DNA of 64,000 bases from Porphyridium purpureum (Eukaryota). Of this stretch, positions 20,712 to 32,861 are shown one piece after another (the first letter of the stretch is position 1; every line of letters starts with the position of its first letter). The stretch is from contig VRMN01000001.1 of assembly GCA_008690995.1 (NCBI GenBank), forward strand, positions 2,852,001 to 2,916,000, given 5' to 3'. Under the pieces are notes generated by a model that worked only from the letters and a program-made list of their open reading frames with translations, was not told the origin of the DNA and did no database searches. A program made the position numbers and the translations under genes.

Positions 20712-23700
20712 CTACATCTGGTTTGCCGCATCGTCGTCCATTTCCATGGATTCAACTGAAACTAGTGTACGATTATCCGTAGCAATGACGCCGGGAAGAC
20801 AACGGCTCATCGTCTGCACTCCAATACGGGCGCGCCGGGCTATCTGTGGTGTCACGTCCACCTCGATGACTTCGACGCGCAAGTCCTCATCTACTCCGAT
20901 ACGTTGCAGGTGGCAGCTGAGAAAAATCGACAGGGCGCCCGAAATGGAACTCACATACTGCAGCAAACTGATCTCGGCCCACTGAGTGCAGCTGCGAGCA
21001 AGAGCGCGGACGCTCGATGGCACTCCGGCCAAGTCCAGAAACGTTATGCTCGCTGGCTGGCTCCTTGGAATGTTGTCGAAGTGCACGCTCTGCTCAACAG
21101 CGCTCAAAATTACGCTGTGCATCTGCTCAGCAGCGAATACAGCGCGATCTAGAATCGCTCTCGACGCCAGAAACTCTAGCGCGCATGCATCACGGTGGAA
21201 CCGGAGCTCGTTCACGCTGCTCTGGGCCCCCTCCCTCCATGCACACGCAGCATCGTGCCACGCCAAGGCCCCGGTGGAGCCCATGATACCACATGACGGC
21301 GCGTCCAACATCACAAGCCGCCCATAGTCCGGCAATGCCTCGCAAAAGCGCTCCAGTGAATCATACATTTGCTCTCCTAAGGCGTCTGACAAGCTCACCA
21401 GACGCGTGCGTGGGAATGCCGAGTGACGCAACGTCGCCTGCAAGGTGGCACTGATACAGCGAGCGGCGCAGTCTGGAAGCCAATCCGGCACGAACATCGT
21501 TTCAGTTTTTGGTGTTGTCTCAGGTGCCGATGCACCATCACTCAGCCTACAACGATCTGGAGGACGCTCCGTCAACCGATTCACCAACGAGATCTGTGCC
21601 ACGTGCAACAGTAACACGTGCGGGCCTACGATCGCTTGGATCATCTTCCGGAAGTGCTCGTCACCCTTCTCAAGATCAGGCGCGTCGCCTGCGACTGCAC
21701 ACACAACTGCCAGGCCCGTCGCGCCACACTCACGGCGGTGCATGGATAATGCCATACTTTCAAGAAGAACATGGCTTCTTTGCGACAGAGCAAACCCTGC
21801 CTGGCCTTCCAAAACGACCTCAACGGTAGCGAGGAGAACAAATACTCCGCTTTCATTTGCAAGAACCGGCGCAACTTCCCCAGAATCTGCGAGAAAGTGT
21901 GCCACCACGCTCGTTTCACCGGTCGAGCGCACACAAGTACGCTTGCGTTTGGCAGCTCTTTTTCTGGCATTCTCAAGTTCGAAGTCGTCTGGAAGCAGCA
22001 GGACCTGCGTTCGCTCGGCACTTTGCTCGGCGCTACCGTTACAATCCCGAGGTGCGATCTCAAACACACACCGGATCCATTCAGCAACGTGCGCAGCGCT
22101 TCGATCACTCTCCTGCCATGCAACCATGACGAGCTTGAATCGCGGAATCCCGCATTTCGCCTGTTCTTCGCTTAACAGACGGGCGAACATGTCACGACGA
22201 CACCGCACAAACGCTTCGAGACGTTGCCTAGAATTCGGCGAAACCGAATGAAGACCATTAGGCGAGCGGTAACGGTGGCACAGATTAGTTGGGGTGTGAC
22301 CGGCAAGCGACGGGCGCGTCATGGCAGCAAGCACGGCTCGCTTACGCTCCCGTTTGCGCTGCAGTGTCTCGTACTGATGGAAGACCTCGGACATGAACTC
22401 TGCAATCTTGTCCACAAGCAGCTGTACTTTAGATCTCAACGCGGTGTATAGATCCCAAACCGCTTCAGTGTTGCTGTTCCTGCCACTGCCCTTTCCATCA
22501 TCTACAACCACTGACTGAATAATTTCGTCTGCCGCAATGCTGGTGCTCTCGAGGCGTTTCGTCCATGTTTCGCTTTCGTACAGGATTGTCTCTAGTTCAG
22601 CCATTGCATTGGCTTCATTTTGCAGAAAATGGACATTTTGCAACTGCGACTGCGTCTGTGACGACACCAACGACGTACGAAAAAGAGGCAGCGCCAAGGC
22701 GTCGAAGCGACCCATTGCGCCGTCCACGATGTGCACCTCCAGCTCTGTGAGGTCTTCTCGCAAACGATCTAGTATGCTGTGCACACGTTCGACATGTCTC
22801 ACACGCTGCCGCTGCACTTGCTTCTCGTGCTCCAGCCTCTCACGCTCCTCCTGCTCCAGAAGCCGCTGCCGCTGCTCAGCTAGCGCTCGTCGCTCTATCT
22901 GCTTCAGAACCTGAGTGTCCCGCATCTCCTGCTGCTTTTTGGCCAGCTCTTCTCTCGCGTGCCCTTCCTGTATCTGTGCATTTACCGGTACCGGTGGATT
23001 TGGTCGCAGGTTGACTTTGTTTGTTCCAAACATTTTGTCTGCCGGGGCCGAAACTGCCCCTGACTCTGCAGGCAATATCGCCCGTGCACGAATCGGATCC
23101 TCTTCATCGACTGAAGGTCTCGCGATCAGCCCTATGCCCGTCTCTAAAGCTGATTTAGAGAGCATCCGCGGCTCGGTCGTGCTCGTTGAAACAGGTGCGC
23201 GCACATTCTGTTTTACGCTCGCACCAGCTAGCACAGCCATATCTCTCGGTGAGCCTCCGCTACTAGGAAGCAATCGCGGAAAAGGTGGAGGTGGCACGGT
23301 TGTGGCCGCGCGTCCTAAGGCCGCAGAGGGTGTGGCGGTTGTGCTTTTCGCCGATACGTTAGATCCTTTCGTCTGATCAGGGATTGGGCCCTTCGGTGGT
23401 TTTTGAGCGCTCCCAAATATGCCAATTCTTTGTTCTGGAGCCGTCGCCACCGCATCTGATGCCGTCCCCTGCTCAGCAGATGACACTTGCCCTGTGCTCC
23501 CTGGAACTTTAGAACGCGATGTACAATGTTCTTCTGCAGCTTGCTCCTGTGCAGGAGATGACATTTCGGCCTCCGACACCATTGCAATACCTGCGTCAGA
23601 GACCTTCTTCTGTTGCATGAGCCGCTTCCGAAAAGCGTCCAAGCGTTTGCTGGCATCCACTTTCGGCTTCATTTCGCCCGACAAACCCGAGTCTCCCGAC

Positions 23701-26318
23701 GGCTGCAACTCTGAAGCTGGCTTTTTGGTAAGAGGGACTGTTCGCGGAATGTCAATTCCTGGTGGAGCGTCAGCACTGCTGCAGGCAGCTCCTCGTGTAA
23801 TTTGGGCCCGTGAGCCGATTAGCCGCGCCTTTGCCTCAATCAGAGGTTCGCCTTTCCCGATCGAACTCCACGGCAAGTACTGCAACAAATCAACCGGCGG
23901 ATCCGGACGGAAGTTGATGACCAGCGCATCAATCGCGAGATCCTCGTCACGCTCGTCACTGACGGCCTCGAGTCCGTAATGCTCCAGAAATTGAATACCG
24001 TCGTCTACCGAAGCAAGATCAAGAAGCCTGACAAGTTCGCCGAGCGTCATGGAGTCTTTTGTGGAGCGAGATGCCTTGGCCAGGCACATCAGCGCCGTGT
24101 GGCGCATACCGTCTAGCATTTTGTACAATAAACAGGCCATCAGATATGGGCTCATGCGAAGAACGTGGAAAAAGGTCCAGAAATCCTTCTGTTTCTCGGC
24201 AACCAAGGCACGGACCGCCAACGTGATAAGCGGCGACGCAAGCACCTCAGCGTCGAGCATGCGAAGCAGACCTTGCAGATCGCCCGTCAATACAACTTGA
24301 TAAGCCGTCATTTCGCCTTCGTGTAATCCTGAGATTGCGTGTTGGTCCTGCGTCCGTCTGAGCTCGCCATACATTTCCCTTAAGCTCGTCAGGCACTTTT
24401 TGAGCTGCTCCATGTTTTGGGCACTCGAAAAGACACTCGGATCTTCTGCCCGTAGCTCAAATTCAGATAAGATGTGGAAGCGCACAGCCTCTTCATGTAC
24501 GCGTACACAGTCCATCGAGCGAATGCCTTGGTACGTGAAGTCTTGCCGAATAGAGCGCGTGCGGTCGCGGACGAAATTGTGTACGTCTACAAACGTCGCG
24601 CCCGCGAAATTGCGCTCCCCCTTGTCCAAAATTTCATCAATCAGGTAGTCCATCGTGCGTACGAGCACCTGCGGAGGTCGAATTTGCTCCGGGCGCGCCG
24701 CTTCGGACGCTGCTGCGGAGCGCGCGTACTTTTTCACCGCATGCGCGTGGTCAACCAGCGAAGCCTCGCCATTTGCGCCGGTGCCCGGCAAAATTTCAAA
24801 AATTGAAAGATCACGCTGTTCTTGGCGATCTATTCGTTCTTTTGCAGGGCACATGTCCAAGCAAGTACCCACGAGACATTCCGACTGTTCAAGATCCTGC
24901 TTCTCACCCACCACACGCCACTCTGTTGTGACAGCTGCTCCAGAAGCGCCACGACTGGTCTCTTTGCGACTTCCTTTCTCGAATCGCTGCGCACGTGACG
25001 ACAGCGGAGACCGTCTTGAATCGAAACCTTCACCCTCAATATGTTCTTCGCCTTCGTCGCCTCCTTCGTCAATCTTGGTGTCAGAGCCGTCGGAGTCTCT
25101 GAATTCTGCGTCGTCGTCGTCTTCGTCGTCCCCTGCATCGTGACCTGGCTCAGATTCTGACCATTCCCCCGCACCTGGCTGGTTAAACGGTGCATCGGCT
25201 ACTGCGTCGCCAGTGGTGAGAGCCTGCGCCGGAGAAAGGAGAGCGGGATTTATCCACGTCGTGCGCGCACGTGCGTGCGACAAAGCCAGCCGTGATGACG
25301 AGGGTGCCTTCTCTGGCCCAGATGCATCGTGTTCTGGTCGTGCGCGTGGGGCTTTACCATCTGACTCACTGCCGGATGGTTCCGGAGCTTTCTGAAAAGA
25401 AATTCGCATATCTAATCCCGTGGTCGCCGCGCGACTTCGTTTGAGAGCTTCCTTGGCGGTTCGAGGGTCCGAAAACTTAACAACTGCACTTGTTCCCCTT
25501 GACAGGACTGTGATGCTCTCTGGCGACAACTGGATCTGATTCATAAAGAAGGAGGCAAGCTCATTGCGATTCAATACTTGAGGCGGCTTGACCGACATTC
25601 TCAAAGTATCTGAAAATGGCCGCACTTGCGCGTGCGCCGGCTGGGATCCATCTGGAAGCTTTCCGAAGGTCAAGGTGTCATGCGATGATGGCAAAGGCGC
25701 CTGAGTAGTACCGTCGGACATCATTTCGCCAGCATTGTGAGTGCTTGCTTGGCGCGAGTCTGGGCGCGCTGAAGCAGGAACCGCGTATGGCGTGAATGTA
25801 CGCGACGCACTATACTGTTGTGCCGGTTGCAAGTCGAACGCCGCGCGTACTCGACTTGCGTCGTGAGAAGGTGAACCTCCGGTTCTGAAGTCATACTCCA
25901 AGTTACCTGGCCCTGCTCCGTGCTGCTGCGGATGGGATGGTGGTGGAGCCGCGGCTCCAAACCACGCGGTGGCACTACTTGCTTTCGCTTGTGCTTGGCC
26001 ACCGCCACCCTGGATCTGGTGTGCGGAAGAGGCCGGAAACTGTGCGTGGCTGTGGCTCGCGGCCACGTTCTGATCCATTTCCGTGCTGCTGGGAACATGC
26101 GCAGCATCTGCGGTGCCGAATGCCGTCTGTCCACCAAAGCCACCACCCCCAGTCACCCATGTGCCAGTACTTCCTGCAGCATGCGCAGCAGACATGGCAA
26201 CGGAAGCTGCTGGAGCCGCACCGCCAAAGCCAAACGTCGGCGCTTGCATACCTCCAAACCCGTTGCGATTCGCAAACCCGAAAGCCGCGGGCGTCTGCGC
26301 ATCACCAGTGCGTTCCAT
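20712..26318 (-). CDS. SAC3: SAC3/GANP family protein (TREX-2 mRNA export scaffold)
   Basis: GTCLDMCPAKER, AVKKYARSAA, IRPPQVL, FVRDRTRSIRQDFTYQ, RFHIL; FG-rich N-terminus, RRM-like segment and coiled coil; ATG at 26318. Confidence 0.88.
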   Translation of the reverse strand: MERTGDAQTPAAFGFANRNGFGGMQAPTFGFGGAAPAASVAMSAAHAAGSTGTWVTGGGGFGGQTAFGTADAAHVPSSTEMDQNVAASHSHAQFPASSAHQIQGGGGQAQAKASSATAWFGAAAPPPSHPQQHGAGPGNLEYDFRTGGSPSHDASRVRAAFDLQPAQQYSASRTFTPYAVPASARPDSRQASTHNAGEMMSDGTTQAPLPSSHDTLTFGKLPDGSQPAHAQVRPFSDTLRMSVKPPQVLNRNELASFFMNQIQLSPESITVLSRGTSAVVKFSDPRTAKEALKRSRAATTGLDMRISFQKAPEPSGSESDGKAPRARPEHDASGPEKAPSSSRLALSHARARTTWINPALLSPAQALTTGDAVADAPFNQPGAGEWSESEPGHDAGDDEDDDDAEFRDSDGSDTKIDEGGDEGEEHIEGEGFDSRRSPLSSRAQRFEKGSRKETSRGASGAAVTTEWRVVGEKQDLEQSECLVGTCLDMCPAKERIDRQEQRDLSIFEILPGTGANGEASLVDHAHAVKKYARSAAASEAARPEQIRPPQVLVRTMDYLIDEILDKGERNFAGATFVDVHNFVRDRTRSIRQDFTYQGIRSMDCVRVHEEAVRFHILSEFELRAEDPSVFSSAQNMEQLKKCLTSLREMYGELRRTQDQHAISGLHEGEMTAYQVVLTGDLQGLLRMLDAEVLASPLITLAVRALVAEKQKDFWTFFHVLRMSPYLMACLLYKMLDGMRHTALMCLAKASRSTKDSMTLGELVRLLDLASVDDGIQFLEHYGLEAVSDERDEDLAIDALVINFRPDPPVDLLQYLPWSSIGKGEPLIEAKARLIGSRAQITRGAACSSADAPPGIDIPRTVPLTKKPASELQPSGDSGLSGEMKPKVDASKRLDAFRKRLMQQKKVSDAGIAMVSEAEMSSPAQEQAAEEHCTSRSKVPGSTGQVSSAEQGTASDAVATAPEQRIGIFGSAQKPPKGPIPDQTKGSNVSAKSTTATPSAALGRAATTVPPPPFPRLLPSSGGSPRDMAVLAGASVKQNVRAPVSTSTTEPRMLSKSALETGIGLIARPSVDEEDPIRARAILPAESGAVSAPADKMFGTNKVNLRPNPPVPVNAQIQEGHAREELAKKQQEMRDTQVLKQIERRALAEQRQRLLEQEERERLEHEKQVQRQRVRHVERVHSILDRLREDLTELEVHIVDGAMGRFDALALPLFRTSLVSSQTQSQLQNVHFLQNEANAMAELETILYESETWTKRLESTSIAADEIIQSVVVDDGKGSGRNSNTEAVWDLYTALRSKVQLLVDKIAEFMSEVFHQYETLQRKRERKRAVLAAMTRPSLAGHTPTNLCHRYRSPNGLHSVSPNSRQRLEAFVRCRRDMFARLLSEEQAKCGIPRFKLVMVAWQESDRSAAHVAEWIRCVFEIAPRDCNGSAEQSAERTQVLLLPDDFELENARKRAAKRKRTCVRSTGETSVVAHFLADSGEVAPVLANESGVFVLLATVEVVLEGQAGFALSQRSHVLLESMALSMHRRECGATGLAVVCAVAGDAPDLEKGDEHFRKMIQAIVGPHVLLLHVAQISLVNRLTERPPDRCRLSDGASAPETTPKTETMFVPDWLPDCAARCISATLQATLRHSAFPRTRLVSLSDALGEQMYDSLERFCEALPDYGRLVMLDAPSCGIMGSTGALAWHDAACAWREGAQSSVNELRFHRDACALEFLASRAILDRAVFAAEQMHSVILSAVEQSVHFDNIPRSQPASITFLDLAGVPSSVRALARSCTQWAEISLLQYVSSISGALSIFLSCHLQRIGVDEDLRVEVIEVDVTPQIARRARIGVQTMSRCLPGVIATDNRTLVSVESMEMDDDAANQM

Positions 26319-26769
26319 TACAACAGCCACGCTCGCGCAGGCGTGCGGGCGCGCGGGCGCATGCACACAGCCACCTCCTACTCAGCTCGGTCACATCCCT
26401 CTCTTCATCAACCCTCCGCGATGCATCTATGCCTCCGTGCCGTCCACACTGCCCGTCCCATCTACTCCCCCCAAATCCTCCCTTCCCAACCCGATCTTCG
26501 CATGCTTTCTCGCTCGCCCCACACGCAACAAACGCGCGAGAACATTAACCCTTTTAATAATATTAAACAATGGATTAATTAATGCATGGTGCGTTTCGAG
26601 CCACGATCGCTCGCTTCCACGCACGCGAATGGAACCGGGTTCTGGGGATGTGGCCGAGATTGCTTGGGCGCATGGGGTGATGGCGCTGAGCAGCGGTTCA
26701 GGACATGGGTACGCATAAAGATGATAGGAGAACAGGGGGAGACAGGTGGTGTGGGGGGGTGAAGAGCGC

Positions 26770-28875
26770 ATGCAATCTTTACTGGCAGGCGCGCGGGTGG
26801 TGGGACTGCAGACGCTAGGGTTGGTTGCACGGAAAAGGAGCAGGGGCTGGCTGGAGTGTCGTCAGCGGATCCGAGTGGGTCGAGCTTGCGCAGGTTGGGC
26901 GGCTGGATCAAAGGTGGACGGAGTGAGCAGCATGGCAGGAGTCGCGGGATCGACGACGGTGAAGCCGTTGCCGTCAGATTTCATTCAGTCTCCTGTGCCG
27001 GCTGATATCGAGATTGCGCAGGCGGTCGAGGTGCAGGATGTGCAGTTCATCGCACGCGACGTAGGCGTACGTGACGAAGAACTTGAGCTGCATGGGCGCG
27101 CCAAGGCCAAGGTGCGCCTCGAGCTGCTCAAGCGCACGGCACGGGATCCGGACGGCATGCTCGTGGTGGTGGGTGGGATATCGCCAACCCCGCTGGGTGA
27201 AGGCAAGAGCACAACCACTGTGGGATTGAGCCAGGCGTTGGGCGCGCACTTGCAACGCAAGGTGATCACGTGTATTCGTCAGCCGTCGCAGGGACCAACG
27301 TTCGGCATCAAGGGCGGCGCAGCAGGCGGTGGGTACGCCCAGGTGGTTCCCATGGAGGAATTCAATCTTCATCTCACGGGCGACATCCATGCGATTACAG
27401 CTGCAAATAATTTGCTGGCTGCGGCCATTGATGCGCGCATGTTCCACGAGGCCACTCAATCTGATGGCGCTCTGTTCAAGCGGCTTTGTCCCGAACAAGG
27501 CACGGAGGGTAAGCGCGTATTTGCGCGTGGCATGATCCCGCGATTAGAAAAGCTCGGCATCGAAACGCGAAATCCGGATGACCTTACCGAGGAGGAGCGC
27601 TCCGCGTTTGTCCGGCTTGATATAGACCCAGCGACCGTCCGATGGCAGCGCGTAGTCGATGTGAACGATCGTTTCTTGAGACAGGTGACCGTGGGTCAGG
27701 CGCCGACAGAGAAGGGGCATGAGAAACGCACGGGATTTGACATCACTGTCGCGTCGGAAATCATGGCCATCCTCGCGCTGGCAACCGACTTGGCAGACCT
27801 GCGCAGGCGCCTCGGATGCATGGTGATTGGCACGTCGCGTCTGCGCAACGCCGAGCCCATCACGGCGGACGACCTTGGAATCGGTGGCGCGCTGACGGTG
27901 CTCATGAAGGACGCACTAATGCCCACACTAATGCAGACATTGGAAGGCACGCCGGTCTTTGTGCATGCAGGGCCATTTGCGAACATTGCGCATGGTAACT
28001 CATCTGTGATCGCTGACAAGATGGCTCTCAAGCTAGTCGGCCGAGACGGATTCGTGGTGACAGAAGCTGGCTTTGGGGCCGATATAGGGCTCGAGAAGTT
28101 CTGCAATATCAAATGCCGCCAGGGAGGATTGAAGCCGTCGTGTGCTGTGCTGGTCGCCACCGTGCGGGCACTGAAAATGCACGGGGGCGGGCCACCAGTC
28201 TCGGCCGGCACGCCACTCCCTCTGGTGTACAAGGAGCCGAATGTCGAGCTAGTGCGATTAGGCTTTGCTAATCTCCAGCGCCACATTGAAAACACACGTA
28301 ACTTTGGCATGCCGGTGGTTGTGGCAGTGAACCGATTCCACACCGACTCGCAGGACGAGCTTGACTTAGTGGTGCAGCTGTGCAAGCAGGCCGGCGCGGC
28401 AGATGCTGTGATTGCGTCGCACTTTAGTCATGGCGGAAAAGGCGCGGCGGATTTGGCTCGCGCCGTGGTTGCAGCGTGTGAGCAGAACATCGAGAAGCCC
28501 TTTACGCTCACATACCCAGATGGTATGAGTCTCGAAGAGAAGATCCGCTGTGTCGCGACCAAAATTTATCGAGCAAAAGATGTGCACTTTGAGGAGCTGG
28601 CGCGCGAGAGCTTGGCGCGGTACGAAGCCATGGGATTTGGCCACTTGCCCGTGTGCTTGGCAAAAACACAGTACAGCTTCACGGCCGATCCCAACGAGAA
28701 GGGTGCCCCAGTGGACTTTACCTTGCCCATTCGCGACGTGCGCCTATCTGCAGGAGCCGGATTTGTGTATCCGTTGTGCGGCTCGTTGCCGACGATTCCT
28801 GGGCTACCGACAAAGCCTGCGTACTATGACATTGATATCGACCTTGAATCTGGGCGCGTAATTGGCCTTTCATGA
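26770..28875 (+). CDS. fhs: Formate--tetrahydrofolate ligase (FTHFS) with N-terminal extension
   Basis: [69 protein letters not shown]; second in-frame ATG at 26932. Confidence 0.96.
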   Translation: MQSLLAGARVVGLQTLGLVARKRSRGWLECRQRIRVGRACAGWAAGSKVDGVSSMAGVAGSTTVKPLPSDFIQSPVPADIEIAQAVEVQDVQFIARDVGVRDEELELHGRAKAKVRLELLKRTARDPDGMLVVVGGISPTPLGEGKSTTTVGLSQALGAHLQRKVITCIRQPSQGPTFGIKGGAAGGGYAQVVPMEEFNLHLTGDIHAITAANNLLAAAIDARMFHEATQSDGALFKRLCPEQGTEGKRVFARGMIPRLEKLGIETRNPDDLTEEERSAFVRLDIDPATVRWQRVVDVNDRFLRQVTVGQAPTEKGHEKRTGFDITVASEIMAILALATDLADLRRRLGCMVIGTSRLRNAEPITADDLGIGGALTVLMKDALMPTLMQTLEGTPVFVHAGPFANIAHGNSSVIADKMALKLVGRDGFVVTEAGFGADIGLEKFCNIKCRQGGLKPSCAVLVATVRALKMHGGGPPVSAGTPLPLVYKEPNVELVRLGFANLQRHIENTRNFGMPVVVAVNRFHTDSQDELDLVVQLCKQAGAADAVIASHFSHGGKGAADLARAVVAACEQNIEKPFTLTYPDGMSLEEKIRCVATKIYRAKDVHFEELARESLARYEAMGFGHLPVCLAKTQYSFTADPNEKGAPVDFTLPIRDVRLSAGAGFVYPLCGSLPTIPGLPTKPAYYDIDIDLESGRVIGLS

Positions 28876-29210
28876 GCAGGGAGTCCAGCCACGCCCTGCC
28901 ACAGCCGAGTTGTAGAACCTTTGAACTTGAAATATCGAGGTGGCGGAAGGTTGGGTAGAAACAAAGGAACGCAAGATCTCAAATGGCAGAGCCTCTAGAA
29001 ACCACATGATGGGTGCTCGAATAAAACCTAGATATAGGAACTGCACTTATCCACCGTGCAAGGACCTGCTGAACAAGTCGCCCGGTTCTTGTTCATTTCT
29101 TGAAATGTATTGCGCTGTCTCGCGCTTTCCGAGACAACCGCTCGGCTTTCTGATGTTTCGGGTCCGTCGGTGTGTGCATGATTGTCAAGAGATTCTAAGC
29201 GGGAGACGTC

Positions 29211-29567
29211 ATGGAAGAAGCGATCGGAACGTTGGATCGCAAGCTCGGACACTATGCAGGACGCTTGCAAGAGATCCAGGACGAGTTAACGCGGCTCGAG
29301 GGCAAGCACCAGGCGGGAACATTGTCCGAGTATGATTGCAAGGTGTGCGCCGAGCACGTGACGCAAGTGATGGAGGCGGTAGACGTACTCTCGTTGCGGC
29401 GTAGCATGGCGGAAGATGCGCTCCGTCAAGGAGAGGAAGCCTGTGCGAAGAAAGTGTGTGTGTTGTTGGTGCGGCGCAAGCGTCTGTTGTGTGATTTGAA
29501 CTCGTGCGGAGTCGCAGCTGATGCGCTCGCGACGGCGGCGAGACGGTCGGCTTTGGCGGTCGCATGA
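29211..29567 (+). CDS. Small helical protein, possible stand-alone BAG domain
   Basis: Three amphipathic helices; AEHVTQVMEAVD and LVRRKRLL resemble the BAG E..LD / RK motifs. Confidence 0.5.
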   Translation: MEEAIGTLDRKLGHYAGRLQEIQDELTRLEGKHQAGTLSEYDCKVCAEHVTQVMEAVDVLSLRRSMAEDALRQGEEACAKKVCVLLVRRKRLLCDLNSCGVAADALATAARRSALAVA

Positions 29568-30454
29568 GACGGGATGTTCACGACATCACTTAGGTCATGC
29601 TCGGCACACGAAGCAAGCAATTTGGAGCACACTGCAGGCTTTTCACATTCAGGCGCGGGCTATTGCTGGAAGAAAGCTTCATGTTTGCCATGCGTGTGCG
29701 TTTGACGAGAGCCACGTAACCGCACAGTCGGGGCCGAAGTGATGACCGAGGGGAATCTTTTAACAGGAGTCCATGATAGTTGGTTTCGTCGCGAGTGCTG
29801 CCTACACGTCCGTCCACCCGGGACCTGATGCGCAATGACGCATCTACTGCACTTCGGCTCAGGGGCCTCCTGAAAGAAAATACGGCGTCTTTCATGGGTT
29901 CAGTGTGACCGGTGGCAAAGCTGCATTCTGATATTTTCGTTGTTTGAGGTTGCGGTATCGCATTGCATGCCTTACTGTGGAAGGTTCAACCCAACAGCGG
30001 AGGCCTACTTGCCCGTATCTTGGTCTGGTTGACGCACCTTGGAAGTCTATTCGTTTCCAACGAGCAAGGAATGTCGCAACCTTTCGTGCGACGTGTTCTT
30101 CATTCACACGCAGGCCAGCCGTTCACGTCCTCATCTAAATATCGGCACGCATGTTCCTTGCCTCTGACGTTCTGCCTCAGTATCCTCGCAATCCGTTCAA
30201 AGTTGCCGTGGCATTCACAAAATTGCATAGCAAAAGATCACAGCTATCTGTCATTTTTCTATTCCCGGTTTCCAGAGAAAGGGCTCATTTACTTCACCGT
30301 AGCCGGCAAACCACTTTTAATGCCGTTGCGCTAGACAACAACGTGTTCCAATACTAAGAGTCAACAAAAAAGTTCGACTTCACCGTGATCGCAGCCGATG
30401 TCGACAAGAAGCCCTGAAGTAGCACAAGATCAAAAACAGAGTTCTCCTGGCACC

Positions 30455-31669
30455 TTAGAGTCCAAATGGAGGGTTCCCCGGGGAGCCCTGGTTCGTTGGA
30501 ATATAGTAGGAACACTCAAACTCTTCCGTGCAGGCCGGCGGCGCAAGGCACACTGTCTCAATTGGGGCGCACGGAATAGTACCGTCCGGATCCGGAATGT
30601 ACTGCACAATCATTTCGCCAGGAACACAGCTCGACTCCACTTCAAGGGCAATGCAGTCAAGATCCACTCCACAGTCGAGCGTCGATGCCAGATCCGTGAA
30701 GGTACGGAGAATGCCTTCGAAGAAGAAGCGAACATAATCAACGCCTTCAACGCCCAACTCTCCGTTTGCACCAGTCTCCAGGTTCACGAGCGAGAAAATG
30801 CCCAGGGCCGAATCTTGGGAAATCAAGTTGTCCTCACCGCCAAAGGCCAACTGATCGGCAGTGGCAAAGCCAGTGAGACCCACGCCAGGTGGGTCAGCGT
30901 GAATAAGCTCATACGAGAAGTCTGGCGGCGGACCGGACTGGAACAGCTTGAAGAAGTACTTGAAGCCACCGCCGGTACCAACACTGGAAGCATAAAGCAC
31001 GCGATCACAAGCAATGGCCAGATCACCAGCGCGATACGTGAACGACAGAGGACCCAGCGGAAAGTTCTGCGGGTTCATTGGATCCGTGGTGACGTTACGA
31101 TGCTGGTCGACAGTCGTCCTGAACAGGAAGTTGGCGGTCGCACGGTCCAGATAAGTCAACTGGCCCACAAGAATACCATTCGGCTGCTGCCTGCCTTCGC
31201 GAATGTAGGCATACATGTACAGAGTCTGATCGAATCCGGCGCCAGAGATTTCAGTCTCCGGAAGGGTGGTCACAAACTGGATTGAGTTGGACACCAAGTT
31301 CACCAAGCACAGGCGGGTCATCGTGTCACCGAAAGTGTCCCACGACGCAAAGAACAGACGCGCCTGTCCATCGTACGCTGCGGCATTCGGCGCGAACAAG
31401 TTGAACTGCCCAACCACTGGCACAATTCCGTTCGTGTAGCCGTAGCAGTTGAATGGGAACTGGGTTACCTGCGTGGTTTCGAGCACGCTCATGTTTGCCA
31501 AGAGTGTCAATGAAGGATCCGCGGCTGTCGAGTTGATCGTGAAAAACGACTTGTCATTCACCCTCTGCTCGACGGCATAGACCAGACCGACGGTCTGGGC
31601 GGATACCATTGCGGCGGATGCCGCCACGACGGCGCACAGCGCCAGCGCAATCATATGCATGCGCACCAT
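30455..31669 (-). CDS. Secreted beta-rich (propeller-like) protein with Cys-rich C-terminus, paralog 1
   Basis: Signal peptide MHMIALALCAVVAASAAMVSA; shares LYASSVGTGGGFKYFF, LTGFATADQLAF and TGANGELGVEGVD with two neighbours. Confidence 0.85.
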   Translation of the reverse strand: MVRMHMIALALCAVVAASAAMVSAQTVGLVYAVEQRVNDKSFFTINSTAADPSLTLLANMSVLETTQVTQFPFNCYGYTNGIVPVVGQFNLFAPNAAAYDGQARLFFASWDTFGDTMTRLCLVNLVSNSIQFVTTLPETEISGAGFDQTLYMYAYIREGRQQPNGILVGQLTYLDRATANFLFRTTVDQHRNVTTDPMNPQNFPLGPLSFTYRAGDLAIACDRVLYASSVGTGGGFKYFFKLFQSGPPPDFSYELIHADPPGVGLTGFATADQLAFGGEDNLISQDSALGIFSLVNLETGANGELGVEGVDYVRFFFEGILRTFTDLASTLDCGVDLDCIALEVESSCVPGEMIVQYIPDPDGTIPCAPIETVCLAPPACTEEFECSYYIPTNQGSPGNPPFGL

Positions 31670-31777
31670 CTTACTACCCCGCTCCCGTGCCACTACGAAT
31701 CTCCCCGACAAGCCCTCAGCCTTTCCCTCTCCCTGTAAAGAATGAAGCACTTAACCTTCACGCAACGTCCTGTGTTG

Positions 31778-31785
31778 CTTATATA
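31778..31785 (-). promoter_or_regulatory. Putative TATA box of secreted paralog 1
   Basis: TATATAAG on the minus strand about 110 bp upstream of ATG 31669. Confidence 0.5.
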
Positions 31786-32861
31786 TGCCGAGAGATCCCG
31801 GTGCATGCTCGGTGGTTCGAATACTCGTTGTGACGCTTCTGTGAAAAACTAGCTCCTTTTCAACGGTGGCGCGTGTCCACGCGACGCGATCTGTGGAAGA
31901 GGCAATTATGGCGCGGTCGCGCAAGTAAGTACACGCTCAAGCCGATGACGCTGGTTTAAGGATCTCCTACTAAAACGGACATGTTTTTATGCATAAACAA
32001 GACACGCAGCGCCAACGGCGAAGACAAACTTGGCCGTTTGTGTGGTGGTGATGGTAGTGGAGAGGGAGGGTTTGTGTTCCTGTTTCGGGGAAACCCCCGA
32101 TAAAACGGGGGAAATCTAGTATCACAACTGGCATGGAACGACGGGAATTAAATTCATAATCGTCTTCGAACCAACACGCATTCGATTCGACGGCATGCTA
32201 CTGCGTTCCACGAATAGAAACATATCGCGCTGTGGGTATTGTTGGCGCCAGCGTGGAGCGCTGGCGCGCAGTGTCTCCAGCACAAAGGCTGTGATTGGCT
32301 GGAGCGGAAGCCTCGTGCGCTGTGATTCGATACGCCGGTAAATGCTGGGTTTTGATTGGCGCAGCCGGCGCACAAGTGGCCCTGGCTCTTTGCCCAGTCT
32401 GCCGGTCTGGAGTGGTCATGCGCTAGCTCACGCCCACGTTTCCAACGCACGCCTTACGCCCCGCGCAGGGTTGGGCGGGCCGTCTGTGTTGGAGAGTCTG
32501 GAACCGCTGCGCGTCGGATTCCAGCACCGCGCGGCGCCATGCTCTCGCGCGCCGTTCGTGCTGCAATGGACACGACGTGGAGTGCGGCGGCGTGACCAGC
32601 ACAGCTGCGTGATCGATACCCGCTTCCCCTCACTGTCACTGACCCACACGGAACTCGCACACATGCGGGCGTTGACACCCGATGCGGAAAGAAATTTCGG
32701 GGCTCGATCGTCTTGGCGCATCGGATGACACGCACAAGCAATCAGCCGTGGCGCTCGCTAGCATCAAAGCGGGGAGATGGCCACACTGCCGTGTGAAGTA
32801 GGTCTGGCTCACCCAGTCGTAAAAAGCAGTTTCTGGCGCAAATGAACGCCGTGGTCGGCTT

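Noticed and set aside
32084..32113. Short GGGG/CCCC inverted repeats
   Set aside because: Too short to support a terminator or transposon end; no partner TIR or target-site duplication found
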